A stretch of 64,000 bases of DNA from a virus (Duplodnaviria > Caudoviricetes), in IMG/VR virus record IMGVR_UViG_3300030059_001404, positions 2,826 to 66,825 of that record. One strand, given 5' to 3'. The notes beneath the pieces were generated by a model. The model was given only the letters and a program-made list of their open reading frames with translations. It was not told the origin of the DNA and did no database searches. Of this stretch, positions 7,896 through 16,710 are shown piece after piece. Numbering within the stretch: position 1 is the first letter of the stretch; the number at the start of each line of letters is the position of its first letter. Made by a program: the position numbers and the translations under genes.

Positions 7896-8008
7896 TTAAA
7901 GAACTAATCAAAGCCTTTAAAGAGAATCCAAGACAAACTATAGAAGACTTATTACTGCTACTCATTATAGCCTTTATCTTCTATGTAAGCATATGGATAT
8001 TCCATTAA
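7892..8008 (+). CDS. Small membrane protein (38 aa)
   Basis: Manual translation MIKELIKAFKENPRQTIEDLLLLLIIAFIFYVSIWIFH; ATGA coupling; C-terminal hydrophobic helix. Confidence 0.6.
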   Translation: MIKELIKAFKENPRQTIEDLLLLLIIAFIFYVSIWIFH

Positions 8009-8009
8009 C

Positions 8010-8060
8010 ACCACACCTCACTACTATAAAACGTAGTGGGGTTTTCGTGGTACTAACCAA
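8010..8060 (+). repeat. Repeated intergenic stem-loop element, copy A
   Basis: ACCAC-A-CCTCACTAC-TATAAAAC-GTAGTGGGG-TTTTC-GTGGT-ACTAACCAA. Confidence 0.8.
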
Positions 8061-8071
8061 TAAATAATATT

Positions 8072-8242
8072 ATGAATTTAACTACAGAACAAATAATAAG
8101 ATTATACTTATTTATGAGAACTGTTCCATCACAAGAAGATATCGAGCAATACTATATTAAGAATATCATGCCCTATGACTCTAAGCATTCAATTGCTGAA
8201 ATCTTAAGGTTTGGTAGAGAGAGAATGATAGTTTGGGATTAA
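8072..8242 (+). CDS. Hypothetical protein (56 aa)
   Basis: Manual translation MNLTTEQIIRLYLF...MIVWD; ATG directly after element A. Confidence 0.6.
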   Translation: MNLTTEQIIRLYLFMRTVPSQEDIEQYYIKNIMPYDSKHSIAEILRFGRERMIVWD

Positions 8243-8263
8243 TAATTAAAAAAAACAATAGAT

Positions 8264-8446
8264 ATGAGTTATATAGTAGAATTACGAGAGTACACTGATA
8301 GTGGAGATTACATAGAAAACGACTATGAGTTCGATACTAAGGCTGATGCAATGAAGTTTGCATATGATAACAAAGGGGATGTATATGCTATCTTAGAGTA
8401 TGAAGATGGTAAGAATTTCAACCCAAAACACTTAAACATTAATTAA
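8264..8446 (+). CDS. Small acidic hypothetical protein
   Basis: ORF track; 14 D/E in 60 aa. Confidence 0.7.
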   Translation: MSYIVELREYTDSGDYIENDYEFDTKADAMKFAYDNKGDVYAILEYEDGKNFNPKHLNIN

Positions 8447-8458
8447 AAATTAAATAAA

Positions 8459-8968
8459 ATGACAAGAAAAGAATTTATGACTAGAGTTACAGTAGTAAAC
8501 TTTAAAGAGAGCCGAGGCCACGATGCACCATCATTAGAATGGGATATAAAGTTTGACAATGTAAAAGTATGTAATTGCTGGGATGACTCGTATGGTGGAG
8601 AACTACAAGTCACTGATTACAAGAACCATAGAATAGACAATATATATAGTACTATTGATAAAGACTCTTTATGGGATGAGAAATACAAATGGACTACTCC
8701 TTTAGATATCTTATTAGAAGAGTGCTTAAACAATCACTTAGAGAAGAAAGACTATGACAAAGGCCTTATGATTAATGATATAGTCGGTAAAGGATATTCT
8801 CTACTAAGTTGGGGAAGTAAAAAAATACCAACCATCATTAAGAAATATGATAATGGGTTTGATATGATTCAAAACCTACTAACCAAGAATGTTTTGGAAG
8901 GAAGGGAGATTATAAACCTACAACATCTAAAAGATACATACGGATTTGTTGAAAATCACACTAGATAA
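8459..8968 (+). CDS. Hypothetical protein
   Basis: ORF track. Confidence 0.75.
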   Translation: MTRKEFMTRVTVVNFKESRGHDAPSLEWDIKFDNVKVCNCWDDSYGGELQVTDYKNHRIDNIYSTIDKDSLWDEKYKWTTPLDILLEECLNNHLEKKDYDKGLMINDIVGKGYSLLSWGSKKIPTIIKKYDNGFDMIQNLLTKNVLEGREIINLQHLKDTYGFVENHTR

Positions 8969-8986
8969 AGAAACTTGTTTTGATTC

Positions 8987-9035
8987 TACCATTACCTCAC
9001 TGCGAAAGTAGTGGGGTTTTGGTGGTACTAACCAA
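8987..9035 (+). repeat. Repeated intergenic stem-loop element, copy B
   Basis: TACCATTA-CCTCACTGC-GAAA-GTAGTGGGG-TTT-TGGTGGTA-CTAACCAA. Confidence 0.8.
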
Positions 9036-9048
9036 CACGTAAATTATT

Positions 9049-9813
9049 ATGAAGATATTAGAATTATTCAGTGGCTCACGTAGTATCGGCAAAGTAGCTG
9101 ATGCACGTGGTCATCAAGTATTCTCGGTTGACAACGTAGCTTATCCTAAGACAAATTGGGTAGGAGACATTTTAGACTGGGACTACAGACTTAACGAAAT
9201 GCAAGTAGGAGACTTAGATGAATTTTATGTTCCTGATGTAATATGGGCATCACCACCCTGTACTGATTTCTCAGTAGCTTGTATCGGCAGGAAGTGGGTA
9301 AGTGGCCACGAATTTAAGCCTAAGAATGCTGATATGCTAGGCATCAAGATTTTAGAGAAAACTATAGAGATTATTAAATTCTATCTTGAAAAGAATCCTC
9401 AGCTTAATTGGTACATAGAAAATCCTAGAGGCAAGATGCGTAAAGCACCACATTGGAACGAGATAGAGAACAGAAGAGAAACCATAACCTATTGTCAATA
9501 TGGAGATGAAAGAATGAAGCCTACAGACATATGGACTAATGATTTCGGATGGACTCCAAGAGTGATGTGCAAGAATGGAGATGATTGTCACGTATCAGCC
9601 CCACGTGGTAGTAGAACTGGAACACAGGGACTGAAAGACAATCACGAAAGGAGCAAGATACCAACTGACTTATGCAAAGTTATTATAGAGTCGGCTGAGG
9701 AAGAATACGGACTTAATTCTAACTATCCACAAGAATATACTTGTTGTGGAGATGAGGTTGTGGGTTGGATAGAGGATTACAGAATCTGTCCACAGTGCAA
9801 AGAACCCTTTTAA
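9049..9813 (+). CDS. DNA cytosine-C5 methyltransferase
   Basis: Motif I ILELFSG, motif IV WASPPC and motif VI IENPRG. Confidence 0.85.
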   Translation: MKILELFSGSRSIGKVADARGHQVFSVDNVAYPKTNWVGDILDWDYRLNEMQVGDLDEFYVPDVIWASPPCTDFSVACIGRKWVSGHEFKPKNADMLGIKILEKTIEIIKFYLEKNPQLNWYIENPRGKMRKAPHWNEIENRRETITYCQYGDERMKPTDIWTNDFGWTPRVMCKNGDDCHVSAPRGSRTGTQGLKDNHERSKIPTDLCKVIIESAEEEYGLNSNYPQEYTCCGDEVVGWIEDYRICPQCKEPF

Positions 9814-9821
9814 TTATTGTT

Positions 9822-9875
9822 GTTAGTACACGTGCCTCACTGCGAAAGTAGTGGGGATTTCGTGTTACTAACCAA
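9822..9875 (+). repeat. Repeated intergenic stem-loop element, copy C
   Basis: GTTAGT-ACACG-TG-CCTCACTGC-GAAA-GTAGTGGGG-ATTT-CGTGT-T-ACTAAC-CAA. Confidence 0.8.
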
Positions 9876-9885
9876 TACGTAAATT

Positions 9886-10065
9886 ATGAATGAAATTAAA
9901 TTAGGGAAAGAATTAATCTTTTCCAACGGAGCTAAGAGAACGATGTACTATGTATATCATCTTAGTGACAGTAGCACACTTAGATTCAAATCCGAGTCTG
10001 AGAGAAGTAAGTACATATCAGAAAATCAATTTATTATTAATCTAAAAACTAAAAATTATGCCTAA
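9886..10065 (+). CDS. Hypothetical protein (59 aa)
   Basis: Manual translation MNEIKLGKELIFSNG...KNYA; ATG after element C; overlaps the next start. Confidence 0.55.
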   Translation: MNEIKLGKELIFSNGAKRTMYYVYHLSDSSTLRFKSESERSKYISENQFIINLKTKNYA

Positions 10066-10870
10066 TCACGTTTATTGTTTCATCACTGTTTCATCTGATG
10101 AAGATTCGAAGATCCTAGAAAAAATGTCAAAAAATGAATACGGAATAGCAGGGTCACTTGTCCCAATGCCTGAAGATTTACACAATACTACTGCCCCAAA
10201 TAGAATAGTTACAGAAAAAGACAAAGAAATATCAGATGTACTAATAGATAAGTATAAATTTAACAATTGGTACGATTGGTCAATTCATAACTGGGGAACT
10301 AAATGGGGATGCTATGACAATGAGATGGATGGAGATGTACTAAGATTTACAACTGCTTGGTCAACGATGGATGAATCTCTAATTGAATTACTTGCTAAAA
10401 AAATTCCTAACTTTACTTATACTTGGGAAGAAGAAACAGGATGGGGAGGGTGGATGAACTTTGAAGATGGAGTCTGTGTTCAGCGAACTGAGTATGATGA
10501 GCCTGACTGGGCTGCTGATGATTTTAGATTCTATATAGACAAGAGTGGAAACATCAAAGTTTTTAGTTCTGATGAGATTGAGATGCAACCAATTGTTGAT
10601 GGTACTACTGTGACATATAAAGTGCCTACAGATACCTCTTTAAATTTATGGAAAGAGTATGCGACTGTTACTTATTTAGGTTCAGAACACACCACTGATG
10701 ATGGTACTTTTAAAGTAGGATACTATGAAGAGTATGACCTTCAATGCTTTTTAGGTAAGACTATTAAAGAGGCACTACAGTCCGTATCTGATAGTAGAGA
10801 GAACGACATCAACCATCAAGTTCCAAGAAATCAGACTGGGGACTTAAGAAACCAGATAATCTGGGGATAA
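10058..10870 (+). CDS. DUF1281/YubB ferredoxin-like domain protein
   Basis: MPNH...WYDWSIHNWGTKWG...FTTAWS pattern recalled for this family. Confidence 0.7.
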   Translation: MPNHVYCFITVSSDEDSKILEKMSKNEYGIAGSLVPMPEDLHNTTAPNRIVTEKDKEISDVLIDKYKFNNWYDWSIHNWGTKWGCYDNEMDGDVLRFTTAWSTMDESLIELLAKKIPNFTYTWEEETGWGGWMNFEDGVCVQRTEYDEPDWAADDFRFYIDKSGNIKVFSSDEIEMQPIVDGTTVTYKVPTDTSLNLWKEYATVTYLGSEHTTDDGTFKVGYYEEYDLQCFLGKTIKEALQSVSDSRENDINHQVPRNQTGDLRNQIIWG

Positions 10871-10890
10871 CTAATTTAAAACTTTATAAT

Positions 10891-11019
10891 ATGAACGAAC
10901 TAGAAGATTTAATCCTAAAGGAAAAGCTTAAAACAAAACCGAATTATGAGTATATAAGATGGTTACAACAATTAAGTATATCAGCCTTGCGAGAACACAT
11001 TAATAAAACTAAGTTTTGA
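10891..11019 (+). CDS. Small hypothetical protein (42 aa)
   Basis: Manual translation MNELEDLILKEKLKTKPNYEYIRWLQQ... Confidence 0.5.
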   Translation: MNELEDLILKEKLKTKPNYEYIRWLQQLSISALREHINKTKF

Positions 11020-11045
11020 TTATTGGAAGTTTTTGCATAGTTTTG
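11015..11045 (+). promoter_or_regulatory. Complete Bacteroidetes sigma70-type promoter (TTTG-N19-TAGTTTTG)
   Basis: -33 TTTG at 11015-11018 and -7 TAGTTTTG at 11038-11045; precedes the replication genes. Confidence 0.65.
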
Positions 11046-11069
11046 CATTAGTTATTAGTATTGTTAACA

Positions 11070-11158
11070 AAAAGAGGTAGATAGGGGGACAATCCCACTT
11101 AACTTTATGGGTGTTCAAAGACATCCTTTAATTTTATTATTGTCTATCTACCTCTTTT
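11070..11158 (+). ncRNA. Long-stem structured RNA (leader, processing site or small RNA)
   Basis: AAAAGAGGTAGATA/TATCTACCTCTTTT 14-bp perfect stem plus GACAAT/ATTGTC, enclosing short hairpins. Confidence 0.5.
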
Positions 11159-11174
11159 ATTTAAATCAAATTTA

Positions 11175-11396
11175 ATGAATAACCCTCACCACATTGTCAC
11201 TGATTTAATTCAGAGGCGAGACCTAAAGAATTTACATAATAGTATATACATAGAGTTAGATAACTACTTTGCTCATAGTGGTATGGAAGAGAGCAATTCT
11301 AGGCTAATAAAGATAACTCCTAAGTATAGGGCTAAAAAGAATACAATTCGTATCAATAATGATATGACTAAATATAAATTAACGAAATATAATTAA
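11175..11396 (+). CDS. Hypothetical protein
   Basis: ORF track. Confidence 0.6.
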   Translation: MNNPHHIVTDLIQRRDLKNLHNSIYIELDNYFAHSGMEESNSRLIKITPKYRAKKNTIRINNDMTKYKLTKYN

Positions 11397-11398
11397 AT

Positions 11399-11683
11399 AT
11401 GGGAACATCAAAAGACAATTTAATTCAAAGAATTGATGAATTAGAACAAGAAAAAAAAGACAGTAAAGAAGAAAGAGTGCCTCATTACTATGTGGGTACA
11501 AACAAGAATAGAAATTATCAAGCACGTTATGTAGTTACAGACTTTGAATGCACATACAACATTGGTACGGCAGTCACGTACTGCTTACGAAGTTCTAGAA
11601 AACATCATACGCCTGTGCAGGATCTTTACAAGGCTATAGCACATTTAGAATTTGAAATTGAACGACTAAAAGAAAATAAATAA
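11399..11683 (+). CDS. DUF3310-like phage protein
   Basis: PHYY...YNIGTAVTYCLR...QDLYKAIAHLEFEI matches the recalled family pattern. Confidence 0.7.
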   Translation: MGTSKDNLIQRIDELEQEKKDSKEERVPHYYVGTNKNRNYQARYVVTDFECTYNIGTAVTYCLRSSRKHHTPVQDLYKAIAHLEFEIERLKENK

Positions 11684-11684
11684 T

Positions 11685-11981
11685 ATGAAGAAAGAAATAT
11701 TTAATAACTATGCTACTGCTATAGCACAACAATTTCATCTAGAATTAGATGACATATTTACTAAGAGCAGAAAGAGAGAAAGTGTAGATGCTCGACAAAT
11801 GTTATACTATCTATGTATGGAAAGACCGATAAGAATAGCTTACTTACAAAGGTTTATGAGTGAAGCTGGACTTGATGTTCACGTTACCACAATAATACAT
11901 GGATACAAGAAAGCTAAGGCCTTAATAGATAATGATAGCGACTACCAGCATATGATTGATAAAATCCAAAAGAATGTATAG
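11685..11981 (+). CDS. DnaA domain IV-like HTH protein
   Basis: KSRKRESVDARQMLYYLC...HVTTIIHGYKK resembles Bac_DnaA_C. Confidence 0.75.
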   Translation: MKKEIFNNYATAIAQQFHLELDDIFTKSRKRESVDARQMLYYLCMERPIRIAYLQRFMSEAGLDVHVTTIIHGYKKAKALIDNDSDYQHMIDKIQKNV

Positions 11982-12369
11982 TATAAAAGACATTTACAAT
12001 CAAGCATTGTTAGACAAGTCAGCAATCCACCAAGTGCTGCAAAACGGAGAGACTATAATTAATATGGGAGTAAAGCTACAAAAGTTTAATAATCACATAG
12101 AAATTTTAAACTGTTCTAAAGGAGGAGATTATTTTAGAGACTTCAATGAGGACGAGTATAAAGTAATTTTAGAGGAGGGATGGAAAGTTGGTTGTATTAA
12201 AACTGCAATGAATAACTGTTTACATAAGTTAGACCTTATAGAAAGCAGAATGAAAATTGAGGTTAACACAAGAAAAAACGACAAACACATTCAGAATCTG
12301 AAAAATAGAAGGGAGAATATCTTAATCAAATATTCAAAACACAATAATAAATTAATTAAAATCAAATGA
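11956..12369 (+). CDS. Hypothetical protein
   Basis: ORF track; the true start may be slightly downstream. Confidence 0.65.
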   Translation: MIKSKRMYSIKDIYNQALLDKSAIHQVLQNGETIINMGVKLQKFNNHIEILNCSKGGDYFRDFNEDEYKVILEEGWKVGCIKTAMNNCLHKLDLIESRMKIEVNTRKNDKHIQNLKNRRENILIKYSKHNNKLIKIK

Positions 12370-12370
12370 A

Positions 12371-12976
12371 ATGCAAAAACACGTAAACATTTTTAAAGAA
12401 TTAGCATCCATCTCAGTCAAAGACAAGGTGGAGAAAAAAGGCAACTTTAACTATTTATCTTGGGCAAATGCTTGGTCAATGCTTAAGCTTAAGCATCCTC
12501 AAGCACAAAGAATAGTATATGAGTGTGCTGAGACAGGATTAAACTTTTTTACTGATGGTAAAACTGCTTATGTTAAAGTAGGTATCCTAGTAAATGAAAT
12601 GGAGCATATAGATTATCTACCAGTAATGGATTTTAGAAACAAAAGTATATCTCTAGAAAAGATAACATCTATGGATGTTAACACTACCATTCAAAGGTCA
12701 ACTGCAAAAGCAATAGCTATGCATGGACTAGGACTGTCTTTATGGATAGGAGAGGACATTGTAAAAGTAGCTACGCCAATAGTTAAAGCTAAGGATACAA
12801 AAGTAAAATCTTGGGAAACTGTGACTTTAGATATTGGAGATACAAATTGGACTAAGGTCTTGTCTTACATATCAAAGAACAAAGCTTTAGGTTTGCCTAA
12901 GATTATTAAAAACTTAGAGACTAAATATAGTATTAAGACTGGAGTTAAGAAAGAACTAGCTAACCACGTATCTTAA
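12371..12976 (+). CDS. Single-strand annealing protein (Sak/DUF1071-like)
   Basis: FNYLSWANAW...YLPVMDFRNK...IQRSTAKAIAMHGLGL. Confidence 0.8.
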   Translation: MQKHVNIFKELASISVKDKVEKKGNFNYLSWANAWSMLKLKHPQAQRIVYECAETGLNFFTDGKTAYVKVGILVNEMEHIDYLPVMDFRNKSISLEKITSMDVNTTIQRSTAKAIAMHGLGLSLWIGEDIVKVATPIVKAKDTKVKSWETVTLDIGDTNWTKVLSYISKNKALGLPKIIKNLETKYSIKTGVKKELANHVS

Positions 12977-13728
12977 TGAAGGGCGATAACTTAAATGTTA
13001 TTCTTACTAAGCTTAAGAATGACTCAGACTATTATGGAACATATGGTAAGAAGTGGTTGTCTAATTCAGACATCTACTCCTTGCTTAATGACCCTAAGAG
13101 TTTTAGACAAGAACAGAAAACTACCAAAGCTATGATTGAAGGTAGTTATCTCCACACTGCAATGTTAGAGCCTGAGAAGTTAGAATCCTTTCAGATTGTA
13201 GATATGGCTAGTAGAAACAGCAAATTATATAAAGAAGCTGTATTTGAAAGTAAAGAGGATATTTTACTGTTGCAATCGGAAGTAGATAACATACAGAAAT
13301 GTATAGATGCTATGAAAGGAAACTTAGACTTTTGTGATGCTATTTATGAAAGTGGTAACCTATTTGAAGTTCCTAGAATACAAAATATTTTAGGACAAGA
13401 ATTTAAGGGTAAGGCTGATATAGTTAGCGTAAATAGTGAAAGGCTTATAGATATTAAGACAACCTCTAACATTAAAGACTTCAAGTATAGTGCTAAGAAA
13501 TATAACTATGATAGTCAGGCTTATATATATCAATGTTTGTTTGATATGCCTTTATCTTTTTATGTTGTAGATAAGACCACACATCAGTTAGGTGTGTTCG
13601 ATCCAAGTGCAGATTTTTTAATGCGAGGAAAGGAAAAGGTGCAACAGGCTATTGAAATATACACTAAGTTTTATAGTGATGGTGGGTTAGAAGATATAGA
13701 CCAATACATAGCTTATGAAACTCTTTAA
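12976..13728 (+). CDS. PD-(D/E)XK exonuclease (RecE/Exo VIII-like, DUF3799)
   Basis: LSNSD...GSYLHTAMLEP...KGKADIV...IDIKTT...YDSQAYIY; paired with the SSAP gene. Confidence 0.8.
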   Translation: MKGDNLNVILTKLKNDSDYYGTYGKKWLSNSDIYSLLNDPKSFRQEQKTTKAMIEGSYLHTAMLEPEKLESFQIVDMASRNSKLYKEAVFESKEDILLLQSEVDNIQKCIDAMKGNLDFCDAIYESGNLFEVPRIQNILGQEFKGKADIVSVNSERLIDIKTTSNIKDFKYSAKKYNYDSQAYIYQCLFDMPLSFYVVDKTTHQLGVFDPSADFLMRGKEKVQQAIEIYTKFYSDGGLEDIDQYIAYETL

Positions 13729-13879
13729 AAAGTTAGCTAAAATGATGGGGATTGTGATATCTCCAAAAAATACAAGTATGTGGATTCAAGTTCCAATGTC
13801 TGCTGAAAGTACAGATGATAAAATAAACATTATTATCGCAACACTAAATCAATTGGAGCAAAACATTAAAATAAAATAA
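13715..13879 (+). CDS. Hypothetical protein (54 aa)
   Basis: Manual translation MKLFKKLAKMMG...NIKIK; fills the gap before 13881. Confidence 0.5.
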   Translation: MKLFKKLAKMMGIVISPKNTSMWIQVPMSAESTDDKINIIIATLNQLEQNIKIK

Positions 13880-13880
13880 T

Positions 13881-14141
13881 ATGGAAGACAAAATTTATGT
13901 AGGAAGTGGAATATCTAAGTTTGATGGAGACCAAGTGGCAGTGAGTCTGTGTTTGACTGATGTTCCTAAAGAGCATATGTTTGAGTACAACGGAAAGAAG
14001 TATATCAAATTAATTGTTCAAAAGAAAAGAGAGGCTGATCAATATGGAAAAACACATTATGTGGCTATTGATACGTGGAAGCCTGAGCCTAAAGCAGAAA
14101 CGCCAAAGGTAGAAGAGCAAGACCAAGACTTACCTTTTTAA
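13881..14141 (+). CDS. Putative single-stranded DNA-binding protein
   Basis: Small beta-rich protein with an acidic tail ending DQDLPF, like the SSB C-terminal interaction motif. Confidence 0.55.
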   Translation: MEDKIYVGSGISKFDGDQVAVSLCLTDVPKEHMFEYNGKKYIKLIVQKKREADQYGKTHYVAIDTWKPEPKAETPKVEEQDQDLPF

Positions 14142-14161
14142 GGGGTCAAGGTTTGAAAGAT

Positions 14162-14194
14162 GGGGGGGTGTCATTTCCCCCCTTTTCTTTTTTT
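14162..14194 (+). terminator. Intrinsic terminator
   Basis: G-run/C-run hairpin followed by TTTTCTTTTTTT after the SSB-like gene. Confidence 0.75.
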
Positions 14195-14235
14195 ATTTAA
14201 ATAATTTAATTATCTTCACATTCTTATCATATTAT

Positions 14236-14316
14236 TAACATTTCAACATATTTTAATCTTAATAATTGATTATTAAGTAGTTACACACAATCAAACTAAC
14301 ATAAAACACACATAAA
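14236..14316. repeat. AT-rich element, copy 2, upstream of the primase-helicase
   Basis: TAACATTTCAACAT (14236-14249), AAGTAGTTA (14275-14283), AACATAAAA. Confidence 0.65.
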
Positions 14317-14319
14317 TTA

Positions 14320-16710
14320 ATGAAAATAACCATATTTAAGGACATAAAATCCACTTCTCAGCCTTTTTATGTAGATGTCTCCATAATACTAACAAGGATA
14401 CAAGAAGGAAAATCAAAAGATTTAGTAAAAAAAATAAGACTAGAAAAAGACAAGTCAAAAAGAAATTTAATAAAGCAATCATTACCAGCAATTTGTTTTA
14501 GTGGGGAATTTACAAAAAGAAACGATAACTCTTTAAACCAGCATAGTGGGTTAATCTGTCTAGATTTTGATGGATATTCATCCAACAAAGAATTGCTTCA
14601 GGAAAAGGAAAGACTATGCAAGAGCAAGTACGCATACTCTGTGTTTGTCAGTCCTAGTGGAGAAGGCCTTAAGGCTTTAGTAAAGATTCCAAAAGATATT
14701 GCAAACCATAAAGGTTATTTCCTAGCGTTACAAAAGCATTACGACTCTCCTAATTTTGACAAGACATCAAAGAATGTTTCAAGAGTCTGCTACGAATCAT
14801 ATGACCCATTAATACATATAAACGAACTATCAAGTGTATGGGAAGAGGTAGAAGAGCAAGAGTATTCTGAAGTAAAAAAGTATGTAGATTTACCTACAAT
14901 TCCAATCACTGATGAGAATAAAATTGTAGAGATTCTACTCAAATGGTGGGAGAAAAAGTACGGAATGATAGATGGAGAGAGGAATAATAATGTCTACATC
15001 TTAGCAGCAGCATTTAATGACTTTGGTATAAATCAAACATTAGCTGAGTATATTATTAATAGATATGCTACAAAAGACTTTAATGAAGCTGAGGTTAAAA
15101 GAACAATACAATCAGCATATTCTCACAGACAGAATTTTGGTACAAAATATTACCAAGATGATGATAGGATAAACCAAGTTAAGGAGAAATTAAAACGTGG
15201 AGTATCAAAAAAAGAAATTAGATCTCAATTAGAAGAGTCCAATATTGAGGTCGGTATAGCTGACAATGTGATTAACAGACTTGAAGAAGAAGAAGCGAAT
15301 CACAAATTTTGGACTAAAAACGAGAAAGGATCTATAAAAATAGTACACATACTATTTAAAAACTTTTTAGAAGAGAATGGGTTCTATAAGTTTAATCCTG
15401 AGGGCAGTAAGAGTTATATATTTGTAAGAGTAACAAATAATTTGATTGATCACACATCAGAAAAAGAATTAAAAGATTTTATACTAAACTATTTACTGGG
15501 CGTAGATGACTATAGCGTATACAATTACTTTGCAGAACACACTAAATATTTTAGAGAGGAGTTCTTGACATTACTAGCATCTATAGATGTATACTTTATA
15601 GAAGACAACAAAGATACTGCTTACCTCTACTATAAAAATAGTGCAGTAAAGATTACTAAAGACAAAGTTATAATGATTGACTACTTAGATTTAGGAGGAT
15701 ATGTTTGGAAAGACCACGTGATTGATAGAACATTTAATTTATGTGAAATACAAGAGTGTGATTATAGAATTTTTATAACTAATATATGTGGAGGAGACAA
15801 GAGTCGTGTCAGTTCTATGAGGTCTACAATAGGATACCTACTACATGGGTGGAAGAATCTATCCTATAGCCCTGCTACTATCTTAAACGATGAGGTTATA
15901 TCACAGAACCCTGAGGGTGGTACAGGTAAAGGTCTTTTTATGAATGGCCTTTCACATATGAAGAAGTTAGTTGTTATAGATGGTAAATCATTTAACTTTG
16001 AGAAATCATTTGCTTATCAATTAGTATCAGCAGATACTCAGATTCTATGTTTTGATGATGTAAAAAAAGCTTTTGACTTTGAAAGATTGTTTTCTGTTGT
16101 GACTGAAGGGCTTACCCTTGAGAAAAAAAATAAGGACGCAATTAAGATACCATTTAGTAAATCTCCTAAGGTTGCTATTACTACTAATTATGCTATTAAT
16201 GGAGAGGGAACAAGTTTTGAACGTAGGAAGTGGGAGTTAGAACTTACTCAGCACTATACTAAAGACTTTACTCCATTGGTTGAGTTTGGAAGACTGATGT
16301 TTGGAGAATGGGATGATGATGAATGGTGTCAGTTTGATAACTATATGATTTCTAATTTGCAATTGTATTTAGAAAATGGGCTGCTAAAAAGTGCTTTTGT
16401 TAATCTTGCAATAAGAAAGCTAAGTGGAAGAACAAGTCACGACTTTATAGAGTGGTGTGGTATACTTAATAACACAGAGGGAGATAAGTTTTCAGTCGAC
16501 AAGAGAATGTATATGTCTGACTTATACTTGGATTTCACATCAGAGAACAATGTTCCTGCATATGGTAAGGATGCTATTTCTAGAAGCAAGTTTAATAAAT
16601 GGTTATTATCTTATGCTAGTTATAAGTCTCACTTAGAGCTTACAACTGCTAGAGATATGATAGGTAAGTGGATGTCATTAACTCCTAAAAAAATTGGGGA
16701 TGGAATTTAG
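14320..16710 (+). CDS. Primase-helicase (VirE/BT4734-like N-terminus, PriCT, SF3 helicase)
   Basis: LPAICFSG...GLICLDFD...SPSGEGLK; GERNN; Walker A GGTGKG; Walker B ILCFDD. Confidence 0.85.
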   Translation: MKITIFKDIKSTSQPFYVDVSIILTRIQEGKSKDLVKKIRLEKDKSKRNLIKQSLPAICFSGEFTKRNDNSLNQHSGLICLDFDGYSSNKELLQEKERLCKSKYAYSVFVSPSGEGLKALVKIPKDIANHKGYFLALQKHYDSPNFDKTSKNVSRVCYESYDPLIHINELSSVWEEVEEQEYSEVKKYVDLPTIPITDENKIVEILLKWWEKKYGMIDGERNNNVYILAAAFNDFGINQTLAEYIINRYATKDFNEAEVKRTIQSAYSHRQNFGTKYYQDDDRINQVKEKLKRGVSKKEIRSQLEESNIEVGIADNVINRLEEEEANHKFWTKNEKGSIKIVHILFKNFLEENGFYKFNPEGSKSYIFVRVTNNLIDHTSEKELKDFILNYLLGVDDYSVYNYFAEHTKYFREEFLTLLASIDVYFIEDNKDTAYLYYKNSAVKITKDKVIMIDYLDLGGYVWKDHVIDRTFNLCEIQECDYRIFITNICGGDKSRVSSMRSTIGYLLHGWKNLSYSPATILNDEVISQNPEGGTGKGLFMNGLSHMKKLVVIDGKSFNFEKSFAYQLVSADTQILCFDDVKKAFDFERLFSVVTEGLTLEKKNKDAIKIPFSKSPKVAITTNYAINGEGTSFERRKWELELTQHYTKDFTPLVEFGRLMFGEWDDDEWCQFDNYMISNLQLYLENGLLKSAFVNLAIRKLSGRTSHDFIEWCGILNNTEGDKFSVDKRMYMSDLYLDFTSENNVPAYGKDAISRSKFNKWLLSYASYKSHLELTTARDMIGKWMSLTPKKIGDGI

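Noticed and set aside
8051-9872. TACTAAC in all three stem-loop repeats matches the yeast branch-point consensus
   Set aside because: No spliceosomal context in a phage; treated as a coincidence within a conserved 3' tail
6149-9875. Early-region repeats as a CRISPR array
   Set aside because: Repeats are separated by whole genes at irregular distances and covary as RNA structures; no cas genes
10090-10710. Further CTGATGA words inside 10058..10870
   Set aside because: Ordinary Asp/Glu codons; no stem II-GAAA-stem III arrangement follows them
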